Notes: generated by a model from the letters alone, not told the origin. A stretch of 64,000 bases of DNA from Thermoplasmatales archaeon (GCA_020341795.1 CP070836.1:1682157-1746156); one strand, 5' to 3'. Numbered from the stretch's first letter, positions 16,043 through 26,640 are shown. Numbers and translations: made by a program.

Positions 16043-18370
16043 TTATTTTAATAATTTTTTTATTAATGGTAGTTTTAAACTTTCAAATAATTTTAATATT
16101 GAAAAATCTTGAATTATACTCATTTTCGGCATTCTGACAGATAATGGATCTGACCATTCACTTTCATGTCCATTTGTATCTTTTGCTTTAACCTTTATCT
16201 TATAATTAGTCCTTATTTGCCATGTGTTTGATGCTTCTGCTTCTTCACCTGACTCATAGGGTCCTATCCATCCACTATTAGTTCCATCACCCCAGTAGAA
16301 AAAGTAATAAAGATCATTTCCTTGAGGATCAGTTGTAGAAGTAGTATAAGTGTATTCTACACCTGCACTTCCAGATATTGGACCTGATGGTGTTCTTGGT
16401 TTATTTGGTTGTTCATTTCCTATTTGGACTTTTTTTAGTGTACTAAAATCTCCCCATCCATGTTCAGAATTAAATCCTTTAACACGATAGTAAAAAATGC
16501 CATCTTGATGATTTGTAACTGAATAATAATTATTCTTAATATTATCTGAAAGGGTGGCAATTTCATCTATATCTGATATTGGTGATATGTCATCAACATA
16601 GAATCCTTCATTATTTCCTCCATAGTCACTACTATAACGAAATCGTATATATACTGATTCATTAGTATAGTCATCTAAACTATACTCTTTATATTCCCAA
16701 CCTTCTGAGGCACCATTGAATGAATCAAGAACATCATAAAGTCTTCCTTCTCGGCTGACTTCAACAAAAGCATAATCATATCTATTTTCCATATCATACC
16801 AGCACCAAAAAGATAGTACTGAACCTAATGATACTGGTACTGGATTTACACTAGTCATAGACGTTATACTCATGGAAAACGTCTCTGTTTTATAGGAATT
16901 ACTATCTGAATGCGGTCTATCCTCTGATATTTTAAAACCATCTAGAATCCATTTATCTGATCCTGATTCACTATCATCCACAATTAAATTTAAACTTCTA
17001 AACTCATCTAATTGAAATTTACTAGTTTCTGCTTCTGGATTTTTTTCAGTCCAGGAAATTACAAAATCTCTATATTTAAGATGACCGAGATCATCAATAA
17101 TTGGAGGTGCTACTCGTGGAATAACATTTTGTTTTATATTTTCAGCTTCTTTTAGTAAATAAAGGGCTCCTTCCCAGTTTTCTTTTGTAATTTGTTCAAG
17201 ATTAATACTTGCAGGATGATATGATTGGCAAGCTTCAATTGTATATGCAAAAAGAGGTTTACCTAATATATAATGATAATATCCATAAATCCAATCGGTG
17301 GTATCACCAGTTGTTGGATATAAACCTGCGGCTTGTGTAGGATAATATGTGTCTAAGTTATCCTGTGTGTTTATCTGATTTGCAATTCCTATACCGATTT
17401 GAGACATAAATTGATCATCAGGAGCTTGAACATCTCCTGAATACCCCCACGGCCACATAACAAGTTCTCCATGGGTATGCCAAGAGATTGTTGCTGTTAT
17501 GTCATTTTCAAGAAAAACTCTGCTTGCAGCTTGAATTTCAAGTTCTGACATAGGACTAGGACCACAATAGACTTCTGATTTAGGATTATGCTCAACAGAT
17601 CCACGGCCTATTGAACCCCATGTCCCGATTATATCACCATTACATGAACCAGGATAATTACGATTTAAATCCACCCCATATGTAAGTGTGTTTGGGAAAA
17701 AATGTCTATTTTTACGCCAATCATGACCTAAATCATGTGAAAAATAATATCCATCAGGATTGACACATGGGACAATCCAAATACGTAGATTATTTACAAG
17801 ATCAGTAATAACTGGATTAGAACCATATTGCGCTGTTAACTGTTGAGCAATGTACAGACAAATCTCCATTGTCGGCCATTCACGTGCATGATGAAGACCC
17901 ATAAAATACACACCAGTCTCACCTTCATCTACACCAGGATTATCAGATAATTCAAGACACCAAATATCTCGATTCTCATAACTTAATCCAAGACTATTAA
18001 GTTTAGCTATATTTGGGTAGTCATTAGCTATTTCATGTAAACTGTTTTCTAATTCCTCAAATGAGTGATAATCATCTGCAATATTCTGTAGATAAATATC
18101 TAGGTTATCAATAAGAATTGTGACATCTTCATTAGATGATAAAAAATCTTCAAAACTTGAGCTGGGAATAATTATATCCCACCATTTATCAGGTTTTCCG
18201 CCTATTATTTCATGATCTAAAGATAAAATATCAAAATTATTAATATTTGTTATTCTTACTAAAATACAATGGTCATCTGAAGATTGAGAATTAGTCAAAT
18301 TAACAGCAGATGCACAAGATATAGTTATTAGAAAAACACATAGAAAAATTGTAGGTAATTTATAATTCAT
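16043..18370 (-). CDS. Exported M14 zinc carboxypeptidase with additional C-terminal beta domains (PKD-like)
   Basis: The preferred start is MNYKLPTIFLCVFLITISCASA (ATG at 18370); the ORF is open to 18394. M14 motifs are YHSFEELENSLHEIANDYPN, GLHHAREWPT, NPDGY, WRKNR and VDLNRNY. The C-terminus is PKD-like (YYFFYWGDGTNSGW...KVKAKDTNGHESEWS). Confidence 0.8.
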   Translation of the reverse strand: MNYKLPTIFLCVFLITISCASAVNLTNSQSSDDHCILVRITNINNFDILSLDHEIIGGKPDKWWDIIIPSSSFEDFLSSNEDVTILIDNLDIYLQNIADDYHSFEELENSLHEIANDYPNIAKLNSLGLSYENRDIWCLELSDNPGVDEGETGVYFMGLHHAREWPTMEICLYIAQQLTAQYGSNPVITDLVNNLRIWIVPCVNPDGYYFSHDLGHDWRKNRHFFPNTLTYGVDLNRNYPGSCNGDIIGTWGSIGRGSVEHNPKSEVYCGPSPMSELEIQAASRVFLENDITATISWHTHGELVMWPWGYSGDVQAPDDQFMSQIGIGIANQINTQDNLDTYYPTQAAGLYPTTGDTTDWIYGYYHYILGKPLFAYTIEACQSYHPASINLEQITKENWEGALYLLKEAENIKQNVIPRVAPPIIDDLGHLKYRDFVISWTEKNPEAETSKFQLDEFRSLNLIVDDSESGSDKWILDGFKISEDRPHSDSNSYKTETFSMSITSMTSVNPVPVSLGSVLSFWCWYDMENRYDYAFVEVSREGRLYDVLDSFNGASEGWEYKEYSLDDYTNESVYIRFRYSSDYGGNNEGFYVDDISPISDIDEIATLSDNIKNNYYSVTNHQDGIFYYRVKGFNSEHGWGDFSTLKKVQIGNEQPNKPRTPSGPISGSAGVEYTYTTSTTDPQGNDLYYFFYWGDGTNSGWIGPYESGEEAEASNTWQIRTNYKIKVKAKDTNGHESEWSDPLSVRMPKMSIIQDFSILKLFESLKLPLIKKLLK

Positions 18371-18431
18371 ATAAATATGCCTCCAATAAACCATAATGTA
18401 GGAAGCATTATATAATTTTATTTAACATGCG

Positions 18432-19553
18432 TTAATTATGAGTTTTAATAAATTTTTGCAATCCTTTAATTGCGTGAAGTTTTTGTTTATTTCCAATTTT
18501 AGCCTGATTTATTCCAGATTTAATAATTATTATTGATTCATCCATAGCTTTTCGATCAACAGGGAAGGGTACGCCATCTTTACCGCCGACAGTAAAACTA
18601 TATTTAACAGGATCTTTCCAACTAGGTTTAGAACCATAAATAAGCTCAGATATTAATGCTAGAGCACGAACTGTATTTGTACCCACTCCATTTATTGATA
18701 AAAGTTCTTCGTAGTCTTTTGGTTGAAAATCATAAATTTTACGCATTGTATTCCAATTGATGCTACGTGGCATATCAAGACAAATTCTGCTTTTTTTATT
18801 ATTATCAACTGAAAAAAAACTATCTAATCTTTTCTGATAAATTTTGTTATTTAGATATAAAAAATCATTTTTTATATGATTAGGATTATCGTTTACAAGA
18901 TCTACACAAACTTTCTGACAATTCTCACTATTTTTTGAAGACATGTCAAGTACTTTTGAATTACTCTTCTCGCCAATTATGCTACTATGAGGATTACAAA
19001 GAAAATTATCAAATTTATCTGAAAACCAATGATATCGTCGAGCATAATTTGTCTCATCATTCATACCTTGTTGTATAACACTCCATTTACCGTCCTCAGT
19101 TAAAAAGAAGACATGATGATAAAGATTATGACCATCTTGAACAGCTGAATTATCAACTTTAGCAGTCATACGACTTGCATATTTAATTTCATCAATCTTA
19201 GTAGTAGATATGTTAAAATAATTACCTATCTTTTCAAGCTCTTCAGGTGTTTTTCTTGATACTTTACCTTTACCGCCAGCAATTCCAATACCGTGTTCTT
19301 CAGGATTTAGAGCTTCTTTTAAAGCTCCGCAAGTAACAGTGGTTGTACCACTAGAGTGCCAGTCAAATCCTAAAACACAAGAAAGACATTGAAACCAAAA
19401 AGGATTGGAAATGTGTCTTAAAAATTCCTCTTTACCATATTCCATTATTATTGCTTCAATTATACCTTCTGATAGGGAAACCATTCTTCTAAATAACCAT
19501 TTTGGAGCGCTACCACCATGTAATGGTAGATTCGCAATTCCTGTTTTCCACAT
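18432..19553 (-). CDS. Conserved archaeal protein, DUF763-like
   Basis: 373 aa. The N-terminus IANLPLHGGSAPKWLFRRMVSLSEGI...WHSSGTTTV is recalled as typical of DUF763. The function is unknown. Confidence 0.45.
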   Translation of the reverse strand: MWKTGIANLPLHGGSAPKWLFRRMVSLSEGIIEAIIMEYGKEEFLRHISNPFWFQCLSCVLGFDWHSSGTTTVTCGALKEALNPEEHGIGIAGGKGKVSRKTPEELEKIGNYFNISTTKIDEIKYASRMTAKVDNSAVQDGHNLYHHVFFLTEDGKWSVIQQGMNDETNYARRYHWFSDKFDNFLCNPHSSIIGEKSNSKVLDMSSKNSENCQKVCVDLVNDNPNHIKNDFLYLNNKIYQKRLDSFFSVDNNKKSRICLDMPRSINWNTMRKIYDFQPKDYEELLSINGVGTNTVRALALISELIYGSKPSWKDPVKYSFTVGGKDGVPFPVDRKAMDESIIIIKSGINQAKIGNKQKLHAIKGLQKFIKTHN

Positions 19554-19765
19554 GATTATTTTAAAATTAGAATTACTATTTTAATTATTTACTATAAGGT
19601 AATTAAAACTATGAGATGTACTTGAGTACTTTTAATTATCTCTTTTTTAGGTTTATATAGTATTATTGCAGTACATGATATTAGATTGACGAAATGATAC
19701 GGGGGACATGCCAGCCCCCCAACTGGCTGGCATTTCTGCCAATATTTAGAATTAATATTTTGCAT

Positions 19766-19787
19766 CCCTCAACCCATTCCCATCCCC
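19766..19787 (-). other. Canonical G-quadruplex-forming motif (G-rich on the minus strand)
   Basis: The minus strand reads GGGGATGGGAATGGGTTGAGGG: four G3+ tracts with loops of 2, 3 and 4 nt. It lies in the divergent intergenic region between the DUF763-like gene and the NFACT gene. Confidence 0.4.
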
Positions 19788-19845
19788 TCCTTTTTTTCTT
19801 TTATGATACTTTTTTAATATTACCACTTGTATTCACATAGAGTTT

Positions 19846-21816
19846 ATGATACGCAGTCTTTCATCATTTGACATCTACGTTTTAATAGATGAATTGCAGG
19901 AAATCGTAGATGACATTGTAGATAAAATATATCAATTATCTCGTGACGAGATACTAATTAAAGTTAAAAATATTAAAACCAAGAAAAAACAAAACATATA
20001 CATTAGAAACGGTAAATTTTTAACTATTACAAATAAAAATTTTTCAACACCTGATAGACCATCAGTTTTTGCTTTAACATTACGAAAATATCTTATGAAT
20101 GGCATTATAAGCAGTATTGTCCAACATGAGTTTGACAGAATATTAAAATTCAATATAAGTAAAAAAGAAGGAGAATACACTCTTGTCGTTGAACTATTTT
20201 CAAATGGTAATATAATATTAGTAGATCCATCTAAAAAAATAATTCTTCCATTGATAAAACAATCTTGGGCACATAGAAAAATAAAAGGTCGTGAAGAATA
20301 TACTCCACCTCCATCTCAGACAAATCCTTTTAAACTATCTAAAGAAAAATTTGCAGAACTTATTAAAAACAGCAGCACAGATATTGTTAGAACTCTTGCT
20401 GTTAGTGTTAATTTAAGTGGCATTATTGCTGAGGAAATATGTAATCGTGCTAATGTTGATAAAAAAATAGCAGTAAAGGAAATTAATGATAAAACCATAA
20501 ATAGAGTTTATAAATCTTTGAATAATTTTTTAGATATTTTTAAAAAAAAGGATTTTAATCCTGTTTTTGTAAAAGAAAATAATGTTATTGTTGATATATT
20601 ACCATTTGAATTTACAAGCTTTAAAAGTCATAATTTTGAAGAAATAAATAGATTTTCAAAAGGTTTAGAATTTTTTATTAACAAAAAAGAAAAAGTGGTT
20701 AAAAAAGAAGAATCAAAAGCTGATGAGAATCTTGGGAAATTAGAGCGTCAGCTTACTCAACAGAAAGATAGAATTTTATCATTAGAAGAAGAAATTAAGA
20801 GAAAAAAGCTTGAAGGTGATCTTATTTACCTTCATTATCAAGATATTGAGCAGATTTTAAAAGATATTAAAAATGTTTTAAATCTTACGGAAAAACATAT
20901 CGAAATTAAAAAAATCAATGAAAAAAAAATAGTAAAAAAATTTGTTCCTGATCAAAAAATATTAATTATTAACCTATCTGATACTAAAGGTCAGGTTTTT
21001 GATGTAAAAATTAATCATAGACTTTCAGTTGCAGATAACGCTGAAAAAGCATATGATGAAAATAAAAAGTTTAAAACCAAACTTTCTGGTGCAAAAAAAT
21101 CTTTGAATAAGACATTAGAAGAAATACAAAAAGTCAAAGAAAAGAAAAAAATCGAAGATCAGAAAGCTGTTAAAAAAATTGTAAAAAAAGAAAAATATTA
21201 TTGGTTCGAACGTTTCCGCTGGTTTATCTCATCTGAAGGAAATATTATTGTTGGAGGTCGTGATGCTAAAACAAATGATATTGTTGTTAAAAAATATCTC
21301 AAAGAGGGAGATCGTTATTCACATGCTGACGTTCAAGGTGCTCCCAGTATAGTTATTAAAAGTAAAAATTTTCAGGGTATACAAATTCCAATATCTGAAA
21401 ACACTTTAGGAGAAGCATGTATATTTGCTGCAAGCTTTAGTAAAGCATGGAAACAGTTTGCAGAAGCACAAGCATATTGGGTTCTTCCGGAGCAAGTAAG
21501 CAAATCTCCCCAAAGTGGAGAGTTTGTTCCTCATGGTGCATTCATTATTAGGGGAAAAAGAAACTATCTACGATGTAAGTTAGAAGTAGCATTAGGTAAG
21601 ATTGTTTTAGAAAATACAGAAAAAGTTATGTGCGGACCAGTCAGTGCTATAAGAAAGTATAGTAAGAATTTTGTTGTTCTTGTCCCAGGTAATATAACAA
21701 AAACTGAAATTGCAAATAAGTTAAGTAAGATTTTTGATGTCAATGTCGATGAAATAGATCGTGTTTTACCATCTGGTGGTTCACAAGTAGTTGACTCTAT
21801 AGGTGTTAAAATATGA
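19846..21816 (+). CDS. NFACT-family protein (FbpA/Rqc2/NEMF homolog) with a DUF814-type C-terminal module
   Basis: 656 aa. The N-terminal NFACT-N pattern is SFDIYVLIDELQ...IDKIYQ. A long Lys/Glu coiled-coil middle follows. The DUF814-like segment is YWFERFRWFISSEGNIIVGGRDAKTNDIVVKKYL..GDRYSHADVQGAPSIVIK. Confidence 0.85.
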   Translation: MIRSLSSFDIYVLIDELQEIVDDIVDKIYQLSRDEILIKVKNIKTKKKQNIYIRNGKFLTITNKNFSTPDRPSVFALTLRKYLMNGIISSIVQHEFDRILKFNISKKEGEYTLVVELFSNGNIILVDPSKKIILPLIKQSWAHRKIKGREEYTPPPSQTNPFKLSKEKFAELIKNSSTDIVRTLAVSVNLSGIIAEEICNRANVDKKIAVKEINDKTINRVYKSLNNFLDIFKKKDFNPVFVKENNVIVDILPFEFTSFKSHNFEEINRFSKGLEFFINKKEKVVKKEESKADENLGKLERQLTQQKDRILSLEEEIKRKKLEGDLIYLHYQDIEQILKDIKNVLNLTEKHIEIKKINEKKIVKKFVPDQKILIINLSDTKGQVFDVKINHRLSVADNAEKAYDENKKFKTKLSGAKKSLNKTLEEIQKVKEKKKIEDQKAVKKIVKKEKYYWFERFRWFISSEGNIIVGGRDAKTNDIVVKKYLKEGDRYSHADVQGAPSIVIKSKNFQGIQIPISENTLGEACIFAASFSKAWKQFAEAQAYWVLPEQVSKSPQSGEFVPHGAFIIRGKRNYLRCKLEVALGKIVLENTEKVMCGPVSAIRKYSKNFVVLVPGNITKTEIANKLSKIFDVNVDEIDRVLPSGGSQVVDSIGVKI

Positions 21817-22859
21817 AGGTTATTTTCAAAGATCTTAAACATGGTGAAATAAAGTTAGTTGCTGAAAACCTTGATGACATATGGCATCTTTACAATATTA
21901 TTGATAAAGGGGATTTAGTGAGAGCAGTTACTTTCAGAACTAGTGAAGATGAAAAAGATGATAAGATTCGCTCTAAAAAATTAGAAAAAAAACGAATGAA
22001 ACTTGGAGTAGATGTCGAAGAAGTAAAATTCCATGAGTTTTCAGATAGACTAAGGATTCATGGTAAAATTGTTGAAGGACCTCAGGATTTAGGTTCATTT
22101 CATACATTAAATATTACCGCGGATTCAATGGAACCTCTATCTATTGTTAAAAAAGATTGGAAACACTATCATCTCAAACGCATTGACGAAGCATATAAAC
22201 AAAGAAACCAACCTGTAATAACATTTGTCTCTCTTGATGAGGATACAGCATCTATTGCATTACTACGTCAAAGTGGTATACAATTTATTGCTGATGTTAA
22301 TTCAAAGAGAACTGGTAAAATGTTTGATGGGGCTGATACGAGTAATGATTACTATGCAGAAATTATATCGGTTTTAAAATCTGTTTTAAAACCTAATACA
22401 GATCTTGTTATTGTTGGTCCTGGTTTTACCCGTGAACATTTTGTAAAAAAAGGTCATGAGAAAAATCCTGATATGTTTACTAAATGCCATGTTCATAGCA
22501 CAGGACATTCTGGAATGAATGGTATACATGAAGCAATAAAGACAGGTCTTGTTAAACAAATTACACAGGAAAATCGAGTAGTATTTGAAACTGAGCAAAT
22601 TGAGAAACTATTTGAAGAAATAAGAAAAAATGGACTAGCAACATATGGACTTAATGAGGTTGAAAATGCACTAAAAAGTGGAGCAGTTGATAGATTACTT
22701 ATAACAGATAAAATGGTTAGAACAGCTGAAGGTGAAAAACTACTATGTCTTGCTAAACAATACAATAGTGATTTTACTATTATAAATACAATTCATGAAG
22801 CTGGTAAAAAAATAGATGGAATAGGAGGCCTTGCGGCTTTACTTCGTTTTAAGATTTAA
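21813..22859 (+). CDS. pelA: Pelota (aPelota/Dom34) ribosome-rescue factor
   Basis: 348 aa. The N-terminus is MKVIFKDLKHGEIKLVAENLDDIWHLYNII. It has an eRF1-like central and C-terminal domain (GPGFTREHF..., YGLNEVENALKSGAVDRLLITD). Its start overlaps the NFACT stop by 4 nt. Confidence 0.9.
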   Translation: MKVIFKDLKHGEIKLVAENLDDIWHLYNIIDKGDLVRAVTFRTSEDEKDDKIRSKKLEKKRMKLGVDVEEVKFHEFSDRLRIHGKIVEGPQDLGSFHTLNITADSMEPLSIVKKDWKHYHLKRIDEAYKQRNQPVITFVSLDEDTASIALLRQSGIQFIADVNSKRTGKMFDGADTSNDYYAEIISVLKSVLKPNTDLVIVGPGFTREHFVKKGHEKNPDMFTKCHVHSTGHSGMNGIHEAIKTGLVKQITQENRVVFETEQIEKLFEEIRKNGLATYGLNEVENALKSGAVDRLLITDKMVRTAEGEKLLCLAKQYNSDFTIINTIHEAGKKIDGIGGLAALLRFKI

Positions 22860-22866
22860 AGAAAGA

Positions 22867-23664
22867 TTATAAAAAGCCACCAAGGCTCATTAAAGCCCAG
22901 GGAGTGGCATATGAGGTTTCTGTATTTTGTCCCATTGGTGGTTCTTCTTCCTCTTCTTCTACTTCGTCTCCAAGTTCATACTCGTAGTAATTAAAATTAA
23001 TTGTTACTGTAAATTGATCAGTGCCGAATCTTTCTCTTATTCTTGCAAGAAATCTTAGTTTACCATTTATTGTTAATTGTCCGGATATTTGGAACATTTG
23101 ACCATTCCATTTGCTGTTTTCAGCAGTTAAATTTGCTAGAGCCATTTTAGCTTCATCCTCTGATTTGCCCATTATTGTTTCCTGTGTTATTTTATTGCTA
23201 ACATCAATTGTTATGTTTTTCTTTCCACCCATTAATGTAATTACATGTTTTACTTCATCTGGGTCAATAATAGTTATTGATAATTCATCTATTCCAAGTT
23301 TTGATCGTCCAAGTAAATTCAAAATAGTACTTAATATTGGAAAGCTATTCTGTGAATCAGTATATTTAACTTCAAATATAATGTTTTCAACATTGTCTTT
23401 ATTCAATGTAAATAAATCCATTTTACCAGTTGTTTTATAATCTAATCTTCCAAATTGTCTAGCTAATTGAAGTGTGTATGTTTGCGGATCTTCTTCATCC
23501 TCTTTTGGTGTAACTTTTATCATATAAGTTTTTTCCTCTCCATCTATATCCGGAGCTGGTGATTCTCCATTTTCTGGTACATATAATATAACTCCGATAG
23601 CAGCAATAATTAAAATTGCTACCCCTACAATAGCTATCATTTTGTCACTTTTTTTCAAATTCAT
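22867..23664 (-). CDS. Hypothetical N-terminally anchored protein
   Basis: 265 aa with an N-terminal TM segment (MIAIVGVAILIIAAIGVILYV) and an acidic run EEEEEE near the C-terminus. No family was recognised. Confidence 0.4.
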   Translation of the reverse strand: MNLKKSDKMIAIVGVAILIIAAIGVILYVPENGESPAPDIDGEEKTYMIKVTPKEDEEDPQTYTLQLARQFGRLDYKTTGKMDLFTLNKDNVENIIFEVKYTDSQNSFPILSTILNLLGRSKLGIDELSITIIDPDEVKHVITLMGGKKNITIDVSNKITQETIMGKSEDEAKMALANLTAENSKWNGQMFQISGQLTINGKLRFLARIRERFGTDQFTVTINFNYYEYELGDEVEEEEEEPPMGQNTETSYATPWALMSLGGFL

Positions 23665-24152
23665 GGATTCACTCTCAAGTCAATTTTATAATTTATTAAT
23701 CTATATTTATAAGTATATTTTGTTATTTATTAAATTTTTCCTTTAATCTTATAAATTTATTTTCTTATTTATATATAAAAATAACTCTATATAAGTTTTG
23801 TGTTATTAATAAAAATAAAAAAATATAAACTTAACACAATATAAAGATAGATAAATGAGTCAGACAATTGATTACACGAGATATAAAAAAAGACTTCCTA
23901 TTTTTAAAAAAAACTCAATTATATTATCATTAATCACATTAATTCTTATTTTAGTGGGAGATTTATTAGTAACAGTGCATGCAATAATATAAATTTTAAT
24001 TAAATTTTTCTGGAGATCAATTAATAGTATTAGAATTAATTTTCGGAGCCGTGTCTTCAGGACTTTATAAAAATATATACAAATTAGTTGGATTTATTTT
24101 AGGTGTAGTAGCAATATGCGTTGGAGCATTATTTACACATATCAGCCTTAGT

Positions 24153-25157
24153 TTATTGTTTTAATATTTTAAAACCACATTTACTACAATTACCATCTTT
24201 AATACCATCCTTTTCTATAATAAAACCATTTCTAAGGATGCAGATATTTCCACATTTTGGACAATGTGTATCTTCATAATCACCATGTATTATATTACCA
24301 AGATAAGGAAACAATAAACCTTCTTGTTTTGCAAGATTATAAATTTTTAACATAGTATCCATGGGTGTTCGTGAAATATCTGTCATTTTATAATCAGGAT
24401 GAAAACATGAGAAATGAACTGGGGTATCATCACCAAGTTTTTCAATTATCCATCTTATAAAATTTTTAATTTCTCTCAATGAATCATTGATACCAGTTAT
24501 AACAAGATATGTAAGTTCTATATGAATCCCTAATTCTTTTGCATAAATACATGTTTCAAGTACAGGTTGCAATTTTGCTTTACATACTTTTTTATAAAAA
24601 TCCTCTTTGAATGCCTTCACATCTATATTCATTGCATCAAGATTTGATGAAATCTCTTCCAAAGGATCTTTTGATATATATCCATTTGTTACATATACTG
24701 TATATAAGTTATTTTCTTTTGCTACTTTTGCAGAATCATAAGTAAATTCATACCATATTGTTGGTTCATTATAGGTGTATGCAATTCCTTGACATTTGTA
24801 TTGTTTTGCATATTTTACTGAATCCTCAGGTGTAATTTCTTTTAGATATGGGTAATTAATATCTGCTGTTGAGATACTATAGTTCTGACAATGTAAACAT
24901 TTAAAATTACAACCTATAGTTCCTAATGATAGAGCATTTGTCCCTGGATAAAAATGATATAGTGGTTTTTTTTCTATTGGATCTGTATGGATTGAAGAAC
25001 AAGAACCATAAATGAGTGTGTTTAGTTTGTTATTCTCAACCTTTCTTACACCACAGATACCTGTGTTATTATTTGATATTTTACAATTATGATTACATAG
25101 ATTACATTGAACTTTACCCTCAGAAATAGTTTTCCAGATTCTTGCCTCTTTTTTCAT
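24153..25157 (-). CDS. AmmeMemoRadiSam-system radical SAM enzyme (AmrS-like)
   Basis: The N-terminal Cys cluster is VQCNLCNHNCKI..GICGVR. DPIEKKPLYHFYPG is present. The radical SAM motif is GCNFKCLHCQNYSIS. Confidence 0.8.
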   Translation of the reverse strand: MKKEARIWKTISEGKVQCNLCNHNCKISNNNTGICGVRKVENNKLNTLIYGSCSSIHTDPIEKKPLYHFYPGTNALSLGTIGCNFKCLHCQNYSISTADINYPYLKEITPEDSVKYAKQYKCQGIAYTYNEPTIWYEFTYDSAKVAKENNLYTVYVTNGYISKDPLEEISSNLDAMNIDVKAFKEDFYKKVCKAKLQPVLETCIYAKELGIHIELTYLVITGINDSLREIKNFIRWIIEKLGDDTPVHFSCFHPDYKMTDISRTPMDTMLKIYNLAKQEGLLFPYLGNIIHGDYEDTHCPKCGNICILRNGFIIEKDGIKDGNCSKCGFKILKQ

Positions 25158-25194
25158 TAATCATTATCACAATAAAATAAATTATTATTAAATC

Positions 25195-26514
25195 TTATTC
25201 CCCAAGTATCAAACCATCAAGACTTCGGAAGGGACCATTACGTGGATATTGGTCATTTATCTGAGGTTCCATCCATCTAAAATCCTTATAACTCTCATCA
25301 TTTTTAAAAACATAACGAGCGTAATAAAAAGCTTCTTCTACTGAGATTTTACCATCTTTGAAAATTTGTAACCTTGAAGGTCTTCCCATTTCAAAAAAAC
25401 CAGGTCTATAACCATCTGCTTTACCAGATGTAATTCCTTCAAACCAAACAAGTGAAAACAATGGACCACGAGTTGTACTTGCATATCCAACTCTAAATTT
25501 ACTTGTACCTGTTATAATAACTCGTCCAGGTTTAGGAATCTCTGATTTAAATAAAAAAAACTCAGGAAAGCTTAATATTGTCTTATCAGCAAAACCACCG
25601 CTATAACATCCATCAACAACAACACAAGTTCTTTTTGATGCAAGATTGGATAAAAGATTACCTAAATCTTTGTCTGTTAAAATTGTTGAATCCCATAAAA
25701 AAATACCACAGTTTTCAAAAAATTTGCCACCAGTAACTGGATTTTCACTATCTCCATATACATGACCTGCTAGCCAAATAAAAACCTCGCTATCTTCATA
25801 ACTATTTACTTCTTGAACAATGTTTTTCAAAGTTGCTTCAACGTTTTCCCTTGTTGCACCCTCATAAGTTATATCATATTTGTGAAAACGCTGTTGAAGG
25901 GGTTCGAGTCTATTTCCATAACCATTATCTTTTCTAATCCAACCATCATCAAATAAAATGATAATATTTGAAGTCGGATAATTTTTTTCTTCAATTAAGA
26001 ATTCAGCCATTTCTTCAGCTAAAAATAAACCACCATTTCCAAGTTTACTTTCATTTTCTACCGGAAAGTTTGAAGCAAAAATAAAAACAGCCCATTTATG
26101 CTCATCTGATTCAACAATTTCAGGATTAAAAATATTAAGCGTAATACTTTTTATATCTGAATATACTGCACCATCCCAAGCACGAACACTTAAATTATAA
26201 TTGCTATTGTTTAAGTTATAAATCGTCCAAGTATAACTCCAAAGAGTGGTACCATCTACAATTATCCATGAGTCATTAATTAAAATTTCAACTTGCTTAA
26301 TTGTCTGATCACCATCAGGATCTGTAGCTGAACCAGATATTGTTACAATTTTTGATACAGTATCACCATCAATAGGAAAAATAATTTCAATAGATGGTTT
26401 TTTATTTATTGGTCCTTTTTCTTCAAAAAAATCTGACATGAATGGTACTAAGATAGCAATAGTAATGATAATAGTAATTACGGCAATAGTTGTATTTTTC
26501 ATGGTAAGTTTCAA
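25195..26514 (-). CDS. Exported clan CD (legumain C13/caspase-like) cysteine peptidase with an N-terminal Ig-like domain
   Basis: It has a signal or anchor and an Ig-like segment (ISGSATDPDGDQTIKQVEILIND). Candidate His/Cys dyad contexts are VFIWLAGHVYGD and CVVVDGCYSGGFADK. Confidence 0.45.
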   Translation of the reverse strand: MKLTMKNTTIAVITIIITIAILVPFMSDFFEEKGPINKKPSIEIIFPIDGDTVSKIVTISGSATDPDGDQTIKQVEILINDSWIIVDGTTLWSYTWTIYNLNNSNYNLSVRAWDGAVYSDIKSITLNIFNPEIVESDEHKWAVFIFASNFPVENESKLGNGGLFLAEEMAEFLIEEKNYPTSNIIILFDDGWIRKDNGYGNRLEPLQQRFHKYDITYEGATRENVEATLKNIVQEVNSYEDSEVFIWLAGHVYGDSENPVTGGKFFENCGIFLWDSTILTDKDLGNLLSNLASKRTCVVVDGCYSGGFADKTILSFPEFFLFKSEIPKPGRVIITGTSKFRVGYASTTRGPLFSLVWFEGITSGKADGYRPGFFEMGRPSRLQIFKDGKISVEEAFYYARYVFKNDESYKDFRWMEPQINDQYPRNGPFRSLDGLILGE

Positions 26515-26640
26515 TAATTTACTTATCTTTTATTATTTATATTCTTTATTTTACAAATATTACCTTAAAAACCTCCTTATTCAAAAACTTTATCATAACA
26601 ATATTGTTTCCACAAATGGTATAAAAATGAGGCGATACAT

